A stretch of 64,000 nucleotides of DNA from Alphaproteobacteria bacterium (GCA_044372405.1 JBILRW010000002.1:6862-70861), one strand, 5' to 3'; positions 39,861 to 49,101 are shown, numbered from the stretch's first letter. Numbers and translations: made by a program. The notes: generated from the sequence alone by a model not told the origin.

Positions 39861-40840
39861 GACCGCATGATTCCAAATCCGTTCAGGGCAAAAGTGGTGT
39901 AGGCCTGCACCAGGGAAGCCCCAGCCTCCACTTTTGTTTGTACATCCTCAGCAGCGCTTACCCCGCCCACACCGATGAGGGGGAGGGTGATTCCGCGGTC
40001 CCTTAGATTTTGCTGGGCTTGCCGTAACATTTCCGTTGAGGGAGTCCGCAAGGGCTTCCCACTTAATCCCCCTGTTTCCTGGGCATTTGAATTTTTTAAT
40101 GTTGCTGGTCTGGCCAAGGTTGTATTGCTGATAATCAGGCCATCAATACCCGTGGCAATCACCTGATCCAAAATATCATTCAACGCCAAAGCATCCAAAT
40201 CCGGCGCAATTTTTAGAAGTAGGGGCGGGGCAGGGGACAAGCCCGCCAAAGTTTCCCGGCATTCTGAGAGTAAGCGGCGCAGCGGCTCTGCCCGCTGTAA
40301 ATCCCGCAGATTGGGGGTGTTGGGGCTGGAGATATTAATCACTAAATAATCCGCCACCGTGTGAAAGCGTTTCAATCCCAAACGATAATCAGCCGCGGCA
40401 TCCTCTGTATCTTTATTTTTGCCGATATTGACACCCAGGATCACGGAACGGCGGACCTCTGGCGAGATTAGGGAAAGATTTTTGTAAACGGCTTCCGCGC
40501 CCGCACTGTTAAAGCCATAACGATTGATAATGGCCCCATCCTCCGGCAGGCGAAACACCCGGGGGCGGGCATTGCCGGGCTGGGGGCGGGGGGTCACAGT
40601 GCCCACCTCAACATGGCCAAAGCCCAAACGGGCCAGGCCCGCCACGGCTTCCCCATTTTTATCAAACCCCGCTGCCATGCCGATGCGATTTTTAAAGGTC
40701 AGGCCCCACAGGGTTATGGGATCTTTCTTCAGGGCTTGCTCAGGCACCAAGGATGGACACGACAACCAAGATATAGCAGCGCGATGGGCGGCCTCTGGCG
40801 GTATTAAGTGACGTGCAGTCGTCCATAGGGCCGAATTCAC
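39854..40840 (-). CDS. pyrD: Dihydroorotate dehydrogenase (quinone)
   Basis: FKNRIGMAAGFDKNGEA, INISSPNTPNLRDLQ, GGLSGKPL, IGVGGV motifs. Confidence 0.92.
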   Translation of the reverse strand: MNSALWTTARHLIPPEAAHRAAISWLSCPSLVPEQALKKDPITLWGLTFKNRIGMAAGFDKNGEAVAGLARLGFGHVEVGTVTPRPQPGNARPRVFRLPEDGAIINRYGFNSAGAEAVYKNLSLISPEVRRSVILGVNIGKNKDTEDAAADYRLGLKRFHTVADYLVINISSPNTPNLRDLQRAEPLRRLLSECRETLAGLSPAPPLLLKIAPDLDALALNDILDQVIATGIDGLIISNTTLARPATLKNSNAQETGGLSGKPLRTPSTEMLRQAQQNLRDRGITLPLIGVGGVSAAEDVQTKVEAGASLVQAYTTFALNGFGIMRSW

Positions 40841-42429
40841 TTTGGCCCCACTTTTTGTGCAATCAGATCACAGGTGGCCTGAACCCCGAACAGCTCAATA
40901 AACGATCCGAAACGGGGGCCTTGTTCCTGGCCCAGTAAAACTTCATAAATGGCCTTAAACCAATCCCGCATGGGGTCGTATCCAAAATCACGCCCCACGG
41001 CGTACACCAAACTTTGAAAGTTTTCCGCATCGGAAGTTTCAGGGGCCAAAAGCAGATCATTTCGAAGTCGTAACAATGCATTTTTCTCCGTTTCCGTAGG
41101 GCTGCGGTATGTCTTGTAGGGCTTAACAAAGTCCTGGTAATACCGGACAGCGTAGCCCAGCAAATGATCCAAAAACGGCGCATTTTCAGGGCTTAATTCG
41201 GGATCGTAACGTTTGACAAAGCCCCAGAGAACACCCGTGTCCTCCGCATGAGCCGCCGCCGCCAGATTTTGTAGCAGGGAAAATTTCAGGGGACTTTCAG
41301 GGGCAGGGGGCTTACCGTTATGAATGAACCACACGGGGTTATCGTGTTGTTTCAGGGGATCCTCCCGCGTAAAACTTTCCAGATGATCCAGGTACATATC
41401 CGTGGCTTTGGGGATCACATCAAAAAACAAACGCTTCTGCCGCTGGGGGGCGTGGAACATATAAAAACTCAAACTTTCCGTGGGACCGTATGTTAGCCAG
41501 TCCTCCATGGACAGCCCGTTGCCCTTGGATTTTGAGATTTTATCGCCGTCTTCCCCCAAAAACAGCTCATATGTCATGGTCTCTGGCGGCGTTTCGCCCA
41601 CAATACGACAGATTTTGCTGGAAAGTTTAACAGAATCAATCATATCCTTCCCACTCATTTCATAATCCACCTGAAAGGCCGCCCAGCGTCCGCCCCAATC
41701 GGCTTTCCATTGTAATTTACAGGCACCATTTAAAATGCTGGTGGTCACGGTTTGCCCCGTTTCGGGGTGTTGATAGGTGATGGTGCTGGCGGTTAGGTCG
41801 CGATCGATGACTTTCGCCTGCAAAACTTGACCCGTTTTTGGGCACAGCGGCAAAAAGGGACTATAGGTTTCCCGGCGATCCGGCCCCAGCGTGGGCAAAA
41901 TTATATTAATAATCGTATCATAATGCTGCAAAACGCGTTGCAAAATATCATTATAACGTCCTGCTTGGTATTCTGCCGTGGCACTAATAAACGTATAGTC
42001 AAACCCAAAACGGTCCAAAAATTCCCTGAGTTTGGCGTTATTATGGGCCCCGAAACTGTCATGGGTGCCAAAGGGATCGGGAACCGACGTCAAAGGTTGT
42101 CCCAAATACTGGGCCAGCATGTCCTGGTTTGGGACATTGGTGGGCACCTTCCGCAGGCCGTCCATATCATCGGAAACGACAAACAATTTTGTGGGAATAT
42201 CGCTGATGGCCTGAAACGCCTGGCGGACCATGGTGGTGCGGAGAACCTCCCCAAATGTGCCAATATGGGGTAGTCCCGAGGGGCCATAGCCTGTTTCAAA
42301 CAACACATACCCCTTGGCTGGGGGAGCCTTCGCATAACGCGCCACCAGTTTTTGGGCTTCTTTAAAGGGCCACGAGGTCGCAAGGGATAAATCTATCGTC
42401 ATAAAATCCATGAGTTTCTTTGGTTTCAT
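40837..42429 (-). CDS. lysK: Lysine--tRNA ligase, class I
   Basis: PSGLPHIGTFGEV (HIGH-type) and KISKSKGNG (KMSKS-type) motifs. Start trimmed to the ATG at 42429 (42411 and 42402 are also possible) because the track's N-terminal extension reads through a hairpin repeat. Confidence 0.88.
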   Translation of the reverse strand: MKPKKLMDFMTIDLSLATSWPFKEAQKLVARYAKAPPAKGYVLFETGYGPSGLPHIGTFGEVLRTTMVRQAFQAISDIPTKLFVVSDDMDGLRKVPTNVPNQDMLAQYLGQPLTSVPDPFGTHDSFGAHNNAKLREFLDRFGFDYTFISATAEYQAGRYNDILQRVLQHYDTIINIILPTLGPDRRETYSPFLPLCPKTGQVLQAKVIDRDLTASTITYQHPETGQTVTTSILNGACKLQWKADWGGRWAAFQVDYEMSGKDMIDSVKLSSKICRIVGETPPETMTYELFLGEDGDKISKSKGNGLSMEDWLTYGPTESLSFYMFHAPQRQKRLFFDVIPKATDMYLDHLESFTREDPLKQHDNPVWFIHNGKPPAPESPLKFSLLQNLAAAAHAEDTGVLWGFVKRYDPELSPENAPFLDHLLGYAVRYYQDFVKPYKTYRSPTETEKNALLRLRNDLLLAPETSDAENFQSLVYAVGRDFGYDPMRDWFKAIYEVLLGQEQGPRFGSFIELFGVQATCDLIAQKVGPK

Positions 42430-42450
42430 AGAGGACTTAAAGTATAACCA

Positions 42451-42537
42451 TCGTCGTTGCGAGCGCAGCGAAGCAATCCAGAAATGCCAGCAAAAAAACT
42501 GGATTGCCACGCCTCCTTCGGAGGCTCGCAATTGTGC
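42451..42537. repeat. Palindromic hairpin repeat (TTGCGAGC...CAATCCAG / CTGGATTG...GCTCGCAA)
   Basis: Arms are 42457-42464/42524-42531 and CAATCCAG/CTGGATTG, with an inner GCCTCC-ttc-GGAGGC hairpin. It sits in the lysK/ABC-SBP divergent spacer. Confidence 0.6.
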
Positions 42538-42663
42538 GTACGTCTTATAATAGACTAAGAGCCCGCCAGGGAAAGATCAAGCCGGAGAGAAGATTTTTTT
42601 GTGTAAAATGCAAAAAAATATGTGTATAATGTTTGGCGAAACACGATGGATCGTTAAGTCTTT

Positions 42664-43458
42664 ATGAAAACCCTGTCCTATATCCTGCTGGCCACTTTGA
42701 TTGCGGCTGCGGCATTGCTTTATGTGCGGGGCGTCCCCTCTGCGCCTTGGTCAAAGCCTGTGGATCAAAAACATCGCATCGTTCGTATTGGGACCGAGGC
42801 TCTGTATCGTCCCTTTAATTATTTCGATGATACGGGTCGCTTATCGGGCTTTGATATTGATATTGCCCGGGCCATTTGCGAAACAGAGGGCCTGACCTGT
42901 GAGTTTATTTCCCAGGACTGGGATGGTTTGATCCCCAGTTTGATTGCCAAGAAATTTGACGTCATTGCCGCCAGCCTTTCCATAACGCCTGAGCGCAAAA
43001 AGGCGGTGGCCTTTACCAACCGTTATTACCGTACCCCCATTCGTTTTATTACCGCGAAAAATCAGACACTGGTGACGTCCCCTGAGGGCCTTAAGGGAAA
43101 AAAAGTGGGCGCGCAGCGGGCGACCACAGCCGCCATTTATCTTAACTCTAATTTTGCGGGGATTGCGGATATCAAATTGTATGATACCCAGGGAAATGCC
43201 TATTTGGATCTGAAAAGTGGTCGTCTGGATGCGATGCTTTCCGACGCCATTATGGGGTGGTCCTGGCTGCTGTCCGATGAAGGCAGGGGTTATGCCTTTC
43301 GCAGTGAGTCCATCTATGTCGATGAAGGCATAGGCTTTGCCATGCGTCACGAGGATCAAGATCTTGTGGAAACCTTTAATCAGGGCCTGAACAAAATTTT
43401 GAGCAATGGCACCTATGACATGATCCGTCAGCGTTACTTTCCCTTTGATATTTATTAA
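42664..43458 (+). CDS. Amino-acid ABC transporter substrate-binding protein (family 3, Lys/Arg/Orn/His type)
   Basis: Signal/anchor sequence, then RIGTEALYRPFNY.D..G...GFDIDIARAIC and DVIAASLSITPERK. Confidence 0.82.
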   Translation: MKTLSYILLATLIAAAALLYVRGVPSAPWSKPVDQKHRIVRIGTEALYRPFNYFDDTGRLSGFDIDIARAICETEGLTCEFISQDWDGLIPSLIAKKFDVIAASLSITPERKKAVAFTNRYYRTPIRFITAKNQTLVTSPEGLKGKKVGAQRATTAAIYLNSNFAGIADIKLYDTQGNAYLDLKSGRLDAMLSDAIMGWSWLLSDEGRGYAFRSESIYVDEGIGFAMRHEDQDLVETFNQGLNKILSNGTYDMIRQRYFPFDIY

Positions 43459-43482
43459 TGTTTTGGAAAATTTGATTGTGTT

Positions 43483-44010
43483 ATGACCCAAGGGCCGACC
43501 CAACAGCCAACCCAAGAGCGTAGTCATATTATCGCCGTTTTGGTGGATAATGAACCTGGTGTTTTGGCCCGCGTCATTGGTTTGTTTTCGGGGCGTGGCT
43601 ATAATATCGAGAGTTTAACGGTTTCGGAGGTTGATGCGGATGCCATGCTCTCCCGCATTACCTTGGTCACGCGCGGCACACATCAAATTATTGAACAAAT
43701 TAAGGCCCAGTTGTTTCGCATTGTCCCCGTTCATACCGTCAAGGATCTAACGGAAAATGGCCCCGTTGTGGACCGTGAATTGGCTTTGGTCAAGGTCCTC
43801 AGCCAGGGGGAAGCTCGATTAGAGGCTATGCGTCTGGCCGAAATTTTTCGCGCGCGGGTGGTGGATAGCACGTTGCAATCCATGATTTTTGAGGTCTCGG
43901 GCCGCACAGAGAAAGTTCAGGCTTTTATCGACCTGATGACCCCCCTGGGCTGCATTGAAATTGTACGGACAGGGTGCGTGGCCATGGCCCGGGGGGAGCA
44001 CCCCTTTTAA
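43483..44010 (+). CDS. ilvH: Acetolactate synthase small (regulatory, ACT-domain) subunit
   Basis: HIIAVLVDNEPGVLARVIGLFSGRGYNIESLTV is the typical IlvH/IlvN N-terminus. There is no large-subunit gene adjacent. Confidence 0.85.
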   Translation: MTQGPTQQPTQERSHIIAVLVDNEPGVLARVIGLFSGRGYNIESLTVSEVDADAMLSRITLVTRGTHQIIEQIKAQLFRIVPVHTVKDLTENGPVVDRELALVKVLSQGEARLEAMRLAEIFRARVVDSTLQSMIFEVSGRTEKVQAFIDLMTPLGCIEIVRTGCVAMARGEHPF

Positions 44011-44014
44011 AATA

Positions 44015-44893
44015 ATGACCCCGCTACCCCGTCATCTTCATTTTGTGGGCTTTGGCTTGATTGCCTCATCCCTGGCCCGTGCGCTTAGGGCCTTGGATCC
44101 CACAATTCACCTCACGGCTTATGATCACAATCCGTCTGTTCGGCAAACGGTCCGTGACTTGGGCCTGGCCGATCACGTTGTGGAGGACTTAAACCCCGTT
44201 TCTGAAGAGACAGATCTTGTCCTTATTGCCGTCCCCATGCTGGCCTTTTCTGAGGTTTTAAGGGCCATCAAAATTCCCCCAAACGCCATCATCACTGATG
44301 TGGGATCCGTCAAGGGCACCGTGGCGGAGGCCCTGTATGCCCATGCCCTGGATCTTTTACCCCGTTTTGTTTTGGGCCATCCTTTGGCGGGAACGGAACA
44401 CAGTGGTCCTGAACATGGTTTTGCGACGCTCTTTCAGGATCGTTGGTGCTTATTAACCCCTCTGCCGGAAACGGACCCTGATGCGTTGGACGCAGTGAAA
44501 TGCCTCTGGCAGGCCGTGGGGGCCAAGGTCAACACCATGAGTGTGGCGCACCACGACCAAATTCTGGCCATAACCTCGCACATTCCCCATTTGATTGCCT
44601 TTACCATTGTGGACACGGCCATGACGTTAGAGGACGATTTACGGCAAGAGGTGATTCAATATGCCGCCAGTGGATTTCGGGATTTTACCCGCATTGCGGC
44701 CTCGGACCCCACCATGTGGCGGGATATTTTTTTAACCAACCGCGATGCCGTTTTATCCATGCTGGATCGCTTTACGGAGGATTTGGATGTTTTAAAAACC
44801 GCCATTCGCCAAGGAAACGGAGATGTGTTGTTTAAAAAAATCACCGATGCCCGGGCCATTCGTCGGGATATTATTGCGGCAGGACAGGCTTAA
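44015..44893 (+). CDS. tyrA: Prephenate/arogenate dehydrogenase
   Basis: Rossmann-type N-terminus (HFVGFGLIASSLA), GSVKG, GHPLAGTEHSGP motif. Start at the ATG at 44015. Confidence 0.85.
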   Translation: MTPLPRHLHFVGFGLIASSLARALRALDPTIHLTAYDHNPSVRQTVRDLGLADHVVEDLNPVSEETDLVLIAVPMLAFSEVLRAIKIPPNAIITDVGSVKGTVAEALYAHALDLLPRFVLGHPLAGTEHSGPEHGFATLFQDRWCLLTPLPETDPDALDAVKCLWQAVGAKVNTMSVAHHDQILAITSHIPHLIAFTIVDTAMTLEDDLRQEVIQYAASGFRDFTRIAASDPTMWRDIFLTNRDAVLSMLDRFTEDLDVLKTAIRQGNGDVLFKKITDARAIRRDIIAAGQA

Positions 44894-45215
44894 AAGGCGG
44901 GGTGGGGCAGCAGGATTTGTCCCCTGGGTCAAGGGCGAGACGCCAAAAAAGTTGCGTAGCAAAGCCCCGAAGGGGCGGTCTTTTTTGGTGCGAGGCGAAG
45001 CGTACCCTTGAGCTGGGGGGCAAATTCTGCTGGGTGGGAGCCTTTTCCTTGTGGGCCGAACGCGGCTCCCGCCCCCACATTTTTCTTTGTGGTTCAAGGG
45101 GTTCGCTGCGCCGATCCGAAAAAAATCATCCTCACGCCGCCCTCTTCGAGGCCGCCGCTGCGGTATTTTTTTCGTCTCGCCCCTTGAGCCACAAAGAAAA
45201 CCGCCCCACCCCGCC
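44892..45215 (+). repeat. ~325-bp composite palindromic structured element, copy B
   Basis: Inverted homolog of 23742-24068. Terminal inverted repeats are GGCGGGGTGGGG (44897-44908) and CCCCACCCCGCC (45204-45215). It starts on the tyrA stop codon. Confidence 0.85.
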
Positions 45216-45225
45216 GCGTTTCGAA

Positions 45226-45489
45226 TCAACCCAAAAACTCATCAACATAAACATGCACAGGCTTTTCCCAACCGGGGGTGGCGCAGGTGACAAAAACGCT
45301 GTGCAGGTGTCCCTCTAAATTATTTTCCCAAAACGCCAGGAATTTTTTCAGCGTGGGAAAAAAGCGGGGCACATCCAAATCCTGCCACAGATAGGTCTGT
45401 AGCAATGACGGGTAGTCAGGAAAATAGTACGTGATCTCGGCCGTGGTCAGGACATAATGTGTTGGGTGAAAGAGCGTTGTTGTGTCCAT
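45226..45489 (-). CDS. usg: Usg-family protein
   Basis: LTTAEITYYFPDYPSLLQTYLWQDLDVPRFFP..FLAFWENNLEGHLHSV matches the alphaproteobacterial Usg-like family. Confidence 0.75.
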   Translation of the reverse strand: MDTTTLFHPTHYVLTTAEITYYFPDYPSLLQTYLWQDLDVPRFFPTLKKFLAFWENNLEGHLHSVFVTCATPGWEKPVHVYVDEFLG

Positions 45490-45513
45490 GGCTCAAGATA
45501 TTTTCCGTGGTTT

Positions 45514-47838
45514 TCATCCGCTGATGGTGGCTTTTATGGTTTTGCGCGGCGGCTTTTTGGTAGGGGGGGCGGGGTGAAGGCTCCCCTCCTGAATATCAAA
45601 ATGCAGCTGCTCGTTTTCCAAAACAATGCAAACATTACCGCCTTTGACCAATTTGCCAAACAACAGCTCTTCGGCCAGGGGCTTACGGACATAATCCTGA
45701 ATCACGCGGGCCAGAGGACGCGCCCCATAATCCGGATCGTATCCTTTGTTGGCCAGCCAAACGCGGGCATCATCGCGAATATCAATGGTGACATCTTTGT
45801 CGGTTAATTGGGCCTCTAACTCCACAATAAATTTATCCACGATGGTTTCCACGTGTTCGCGGCCCAGCTTTTTAAAGGAGATGGTGGCATCCAGACGATT
45901 GCGGAATTCGGGGGTAAACAGGCGATTGATGGATTCTTTTTCATCCCCACTTTGCCGTTCCTGTTTAAAGCCCAAAGCCGTTTTGGATAAAAGATCCGCC
46001 CCCACGTTGCTGGTCATAATCAAAATCACATTGCGAAACGAAATGGATTTTCCGTTATGATCTGTCAATTTTCCGTGGTCCATGACCTGGAGTAAAATAT
46101 TAAAAAGATCAGGGTGCGCCTTTTCAATTTCATCCAGCAACAAAACACAATAGGGACTTTGCTCAACCTTATCGGTCAACAGACCCCCCTGTTCAAACCC
46201 AACATAGCCTGGGGGCGCGCCAATCAAACGCGATAAACTGTGTTTTTCCATATATTCAGACATGTCAAAACGCAGCAAGGGAATGTGCATCAGGCTGGAT
46301 AATTGGCGGGCAACCTCGGTTTTTCCCACGCCCGTAGGGCCGCTAAACAGATAGCACCCAATGGGCTTTTCAGGATCCCGCAATCCCGCCCGCGAGAGTT
46401 TCAACGCGGCATCCAGCTGATCAACGGCATCATCTTGACCAAAAATCACGGTTTTTAGTGTGCTTTTCAGAAGATAAAGCGTTTCTTTATCGGTTTTGCT
46501 GATATTTTTTTCAGGAATGCGGGCAATTTGGGCCACAACGCCCTCAATATCCCGCCGTGTAATGATTTTTTTTCGTTTGGAGGGAATTTGCAGATGTTGG
46601 GCCGCCCCGGCTTCATCCAAAACATCAATGGCCTTATCGGGTAATTTGCGGTCGTTGATATAGCGCACAGACAGGGTAACGGCGGCTTTCAGGGCTTCCT
46701 GCGCATATTTAACCTGATGGTGCGCCTCGTAATAGGGTTTTAATCCTGTAATAATTTTCAGGGTGTCGGCCTCAGAGGGTTCTGCCACATCAATTTTCTG
46801 GAAACGACGCACCAGGGCGCGGTCTTTTTCAAAATGCCCCCGGAATTCTTTATAGGTTGTGGCCCCGATGCAACGCAGGGTCCCTCGGGCCAAGGCAGGC
46901 TTAAGAAGGTTCGAGGCATCCATGGCCCCGCCACTGGTGGCACCGGCACCGATCAGGGTATGAATTTCATCAATAAACAAAAGGGCATTTTTCATGCCCT
47001 CCAGATAATGAATCAGGTTTTTCAGGCGTTCCTCAAAATCCCCCCGATACCGCGTACCGGCCAGCAAGGCCCCCATATCCAGGCTGTAAATCTCGCAATT
47101 TTTCAGAACTGCCGGCACGTCGCCCTCAACAATTTGACGGGCGAGCCCCTCGGCAATGGCGGTTTTTCCAACACCAGGATCGCCCACCAGTAAGGGATTG
47201 TTTTTGGTGCGACGGCATAAAACCTGAATGGTCCTGGTAATTTCATCCGCCCGCCCAATGATGGGATCAATTTTTCCCTCGGCGGCGCGGTGATTCAGAT
47301 TGATCAGATAACTGCCTTGATCCCGATTCTTGGTCTCAGATTCCTGGGGGTCTTTTTCGGCGGTGGTTTGAGAAGGCGAAGCGGCGGAAGGATTCGTGGG
47401 CTTGCCGCCCTTGGCAATGCCATGGGAAATATAATTCACCGCATCAAAGCGGGACATGTCTTGTTCCTGTAAAAAATAAACGGCATGGGATTCGCGCTCG
47501 GAAAATAGGGCGACTAAGACATTAGCCCCTGTGACTTCAGAGCGGCCCGCCGATTGAACGTGAATCACTGCGCGCTGAATCACCCGTTGAAACGCCGCTG
47601 TGGGCTTGGGGTCCTGGGGCATGGCGGTAACGAGGTTTTTGAGTTCCTTGTCCAGATACTGGGAAAGGGAATACGTTAATTTTTTCAAATCGACATTACA
47701 GGCCTTCATAACGGTGGAGGCCTCGCGGTCATCGGCCAGGGACAACAATAAATGCTCCAGCGTGGCAAATTCATGATTGCGCTCACCGGCCAAATCCAGG
47801 GCGCGGTGCAGTGTTTTTTCCAAGTTTGATGATAACAT
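45514..47838 (-). CDS. clpA: ATP-dependent Clp protease ATP-binding subunit ClpA
   Basis: Clp N-domain, two AAA+ modules (GDPGVGKTAIAEGLA and GPTGVGKTEVARQL), preceded by clpS. Confidence 0.96.
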   Translation of the reverse strand: MLSSNLEKTLHRALDLAGERNHEFATLEHLLLSLADDREASTVMKACNVDLKKLTYSLSQYLDKELKNLVTAMPQDPKPTAAFQRVIQRAVIHVQSAGRSEVTGANVLVALFSERESHAVYFLQEQDMSRFDAVNYISHGIAKGGKPTNPSAASPSQTTAEKDPQESETKNRDQGSYLINLNHRAAEGKIDPIIGRADEITRTIQVLCRRTKNNPLLVGDPGVGKTAIAEGLARQIVEGDVPAVLKNCEIYSLDMGALLAGTRYRGDFEERLKNLIHYLEGMKNALLFIDEIHTLIGAGATSGGAMDASNLLKPALARGTLRCIGATTYKEFRGHFEKDRALVRRFQKIDVAEPSEADTLKIITGLKPYYEAHHQVKYAQEALKAAVTLSVRYINDRKLPDKAIDVLDEAGAAQHLQIPSKRKKIITRRDIEGVVAQIARIPEKNISKTDKETLYLLKSTLKTVIFGQDDAVDQLDAALKLSRAGLRDPEKPIGCYLFSGPTGVGKTEVARQLSSLMHIPLLRFDMSEYMEKHSLSRLIGAPPGYVGFEQGGLLTDKVEQSPYCVLLLDEIEKAHPDLFNILLQVMDHGKLTDHNGKSISFRNVILIMTSNVGADLLSKTALGFKQERQSGDEKESINRLFTPEFRNRLDATISFKKLGREHVETIVDKFIVELEAQLTDKDVTIDIRDDARVWLANKGYDPDYGARPLARVIQDYVRKPLAEELLFGKLVKGGNVCIVLENEQLHFDIQEGSLHPAPPTKKPPRKTIKATISG

Positions 47839-47842
47839 CCGG

Positions 47843-48163
47843 TTATTCCCTCTCGATCATACATTGCAGAGGATGCTGGTGCTTTTGAACCACCCGACGA
47901 ACCTGGGCCACCTTGGTTTCGGCAATTTCCAGCGTGTAAACGCCGCAAATTCCAGATCCTTTGGTGTGTATATCCAGCATAATTTTTGTGGCATCCTCTA
48001 ACGTTTTTCCAAAATAGGTCTGCAAAATGTGGACCACAAAGTCCATGGGTGTGTAATCGTCATTCAGCATCACAACCCGATACAGCGACGGACGACGCAA
48101 CCGAACACTGGTTCGGGTGCGAAGGTCGGTATGGATTTCGGCCGTACGATCATAAAACGCCAT
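47843..48163 (-). CDS. clpS: ATP-dependent Clp protease adaptor ClpS
   Basis: YRVVMLNDDYTPMDFVVHILQ..F......A..IML.IH..G. Start at the ATG at 48163. Confidence 0.9.
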   Translation of the reverse strand: MAFYDRTAEIHTDLRTRTSVRLRRPSLYRVVMLNDDYTPMDFVVHILQTYFGKTLEDATKIMLDIHTKGSGICGVYTLEIAETKVAQVRRVVQKHQHPLQCMIERE

Positions 48164-48363
48164 GCTTGCGGGACCTATCTTGAGGATCAGTTTAGAGAAA
48201 AAGAGTGAATAAAACGTCTCACCACCGTACATTTTTAACTAAATCATTGAGATAATTCGTTTCCCGTGTATTTTGTGGTTTGATAAAAATCATAAAAACA
48301 AGGAGGTGCACGATGCAAGGTGCCGCGAACGAATCATTCCAGGTCGTAAGATAGCATTTTTTG

Positions 48364-48393
48364 ATGCATCCTGCAAGGATTGCGTGTTTTTTT
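48364..48393 (+). terminator. Plus-strand intrinsic terminator between two minus-strand genes
   Basis: Hairpin 48364-48385 (core ATCCT-gca-AGGAT, extended by GC pairs) followed by T7 at 48387-48393. Confidence 0.45.
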
Positions 48394-48432
48394 AATCAAA
48401 ATCAATAGAATGGTGAATGTCCCCGTACGGCT

Positions 48433-48699
48433 CTATTTCTTTGTAAGAAAAAGGGTTTCTATCGCTGATTTTAGGGGCAAAGGTAAATCCTGGGGCAGCG
48501 AGAGATCGCCAAAAACCATGGCGGTGAGTTCGGGCTCAGATCGCTGTAAAAAAACCGCTAAATGAGGCAAAAGATCATCGGGGAGATTCGGCAAAACCTC
48601 CCCAAGGACACGCCCCATAACGCGATCCAGCTCTTTGGTCCCCCGATAGGTAAGCTGGTAGGTTAATTTCTTTCGCAACAAAGCCGAGGATTCTGGCAT
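48433..48699 (-). CDS. sdhE: Succinate dehydrogenase FAD assembly factor SdhE/SDHAF2 (DUF339)
   Basis: LRKKLTYQLTYRGTKELDRVMG...L..FL...EPEL matches the flavinator family pattern. Confidence 0.7.
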   Translation of the reverse strand: MPESSALLRKKLTYQLTYRGTKELDRVMGRVLGEVLPNLPDDLLPHLAVFLQRSEPELTAMVFGDLSLPQDLPLPLKSAIETLFLTKK

Positions 48700-48702
48700 A
48701 TT

Positions 48703-49101
48703 TTAAGCAACAGCACGCTTAATTTGTGCATCCAGACGACCCAGACGGATATAAATGTCATTGCTGCGTTTTAAAAGAACTCTTAAGCCATCGGGCAAGG
48801 CCTCGGAGGCCTCTTCTTCTTGAAAGCGGCAAATATCATCGTTGGTAATGGTGAACCCCATGGCGGTGGCATCATCGGCACTCATTTCCCCCTTTTGAAC
48901 CGCCCGTTGCGCCAAAAGCCAGGACATCATTTCCAAAAGACGCGATGTCAAACGTGTGGCATGATACGTCATGGCCAAGCGATCCTGAACCTTGGCATGC
49001 TGACGCAATCCAGGCAGAACAAATTTAATGTAATTTTTGGCCTCGCACAGTAAATCATGAACATCTTTGTAGGTGTTGTCTAAAAGAAAAGCGATGGCCA
49101 T
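48703..49101 (-). CDS. rcdA: DUF1465 protein (RcdA-like regulator of CtrA degradation)
   Basis: LLCEAKNY......TRLTSRLLEMMSWLLAQRAVQKGEMS matches the DUF1465/RcdA core. Confidence 0.65.
   Translation of the reverse strand: MAIAFLLDNTYKDVHDLLCEAKNYIKFVLPGLRQHAKVQDRLAMTYHATRLTSRLLEMMSWLLAQRAVQKGEMSADDATAMGFTITNDDICRFQEEEASEALPDGLRVLLKRSNDIYIRLGRLDAQIKRAVA

Noticed and set aside
42430-42531. N-terminal extension of LysK in the ORF track (MRASEGGVAIQFFCWHFWIASLRSQRRWLYFKSS).
   Set aside because: The extension is the translation of a palindromic hairpin repeat. Class I LysRS homology starts near …SWPFKEAQKL….
48313-48354. Possible SsrA (tmRNA) tag. The small ORF reads (G)AANESFQVVR, whose first residues resemble the alphaproteobacterial tag start AANDNF….
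   Set aside because: No tRNA-like domain (T-arm GGTTCGAnTCC, acceptor with CCA) is present nearby. There are no pseudoknot-rich GC segments. The peptide lacks the terminal hydrophobic-AA (…LAA/VAA) degron, and an AUG with a strong SD precedes it. I kept it only as an uncharacterised small ORF/sRNA candidate.
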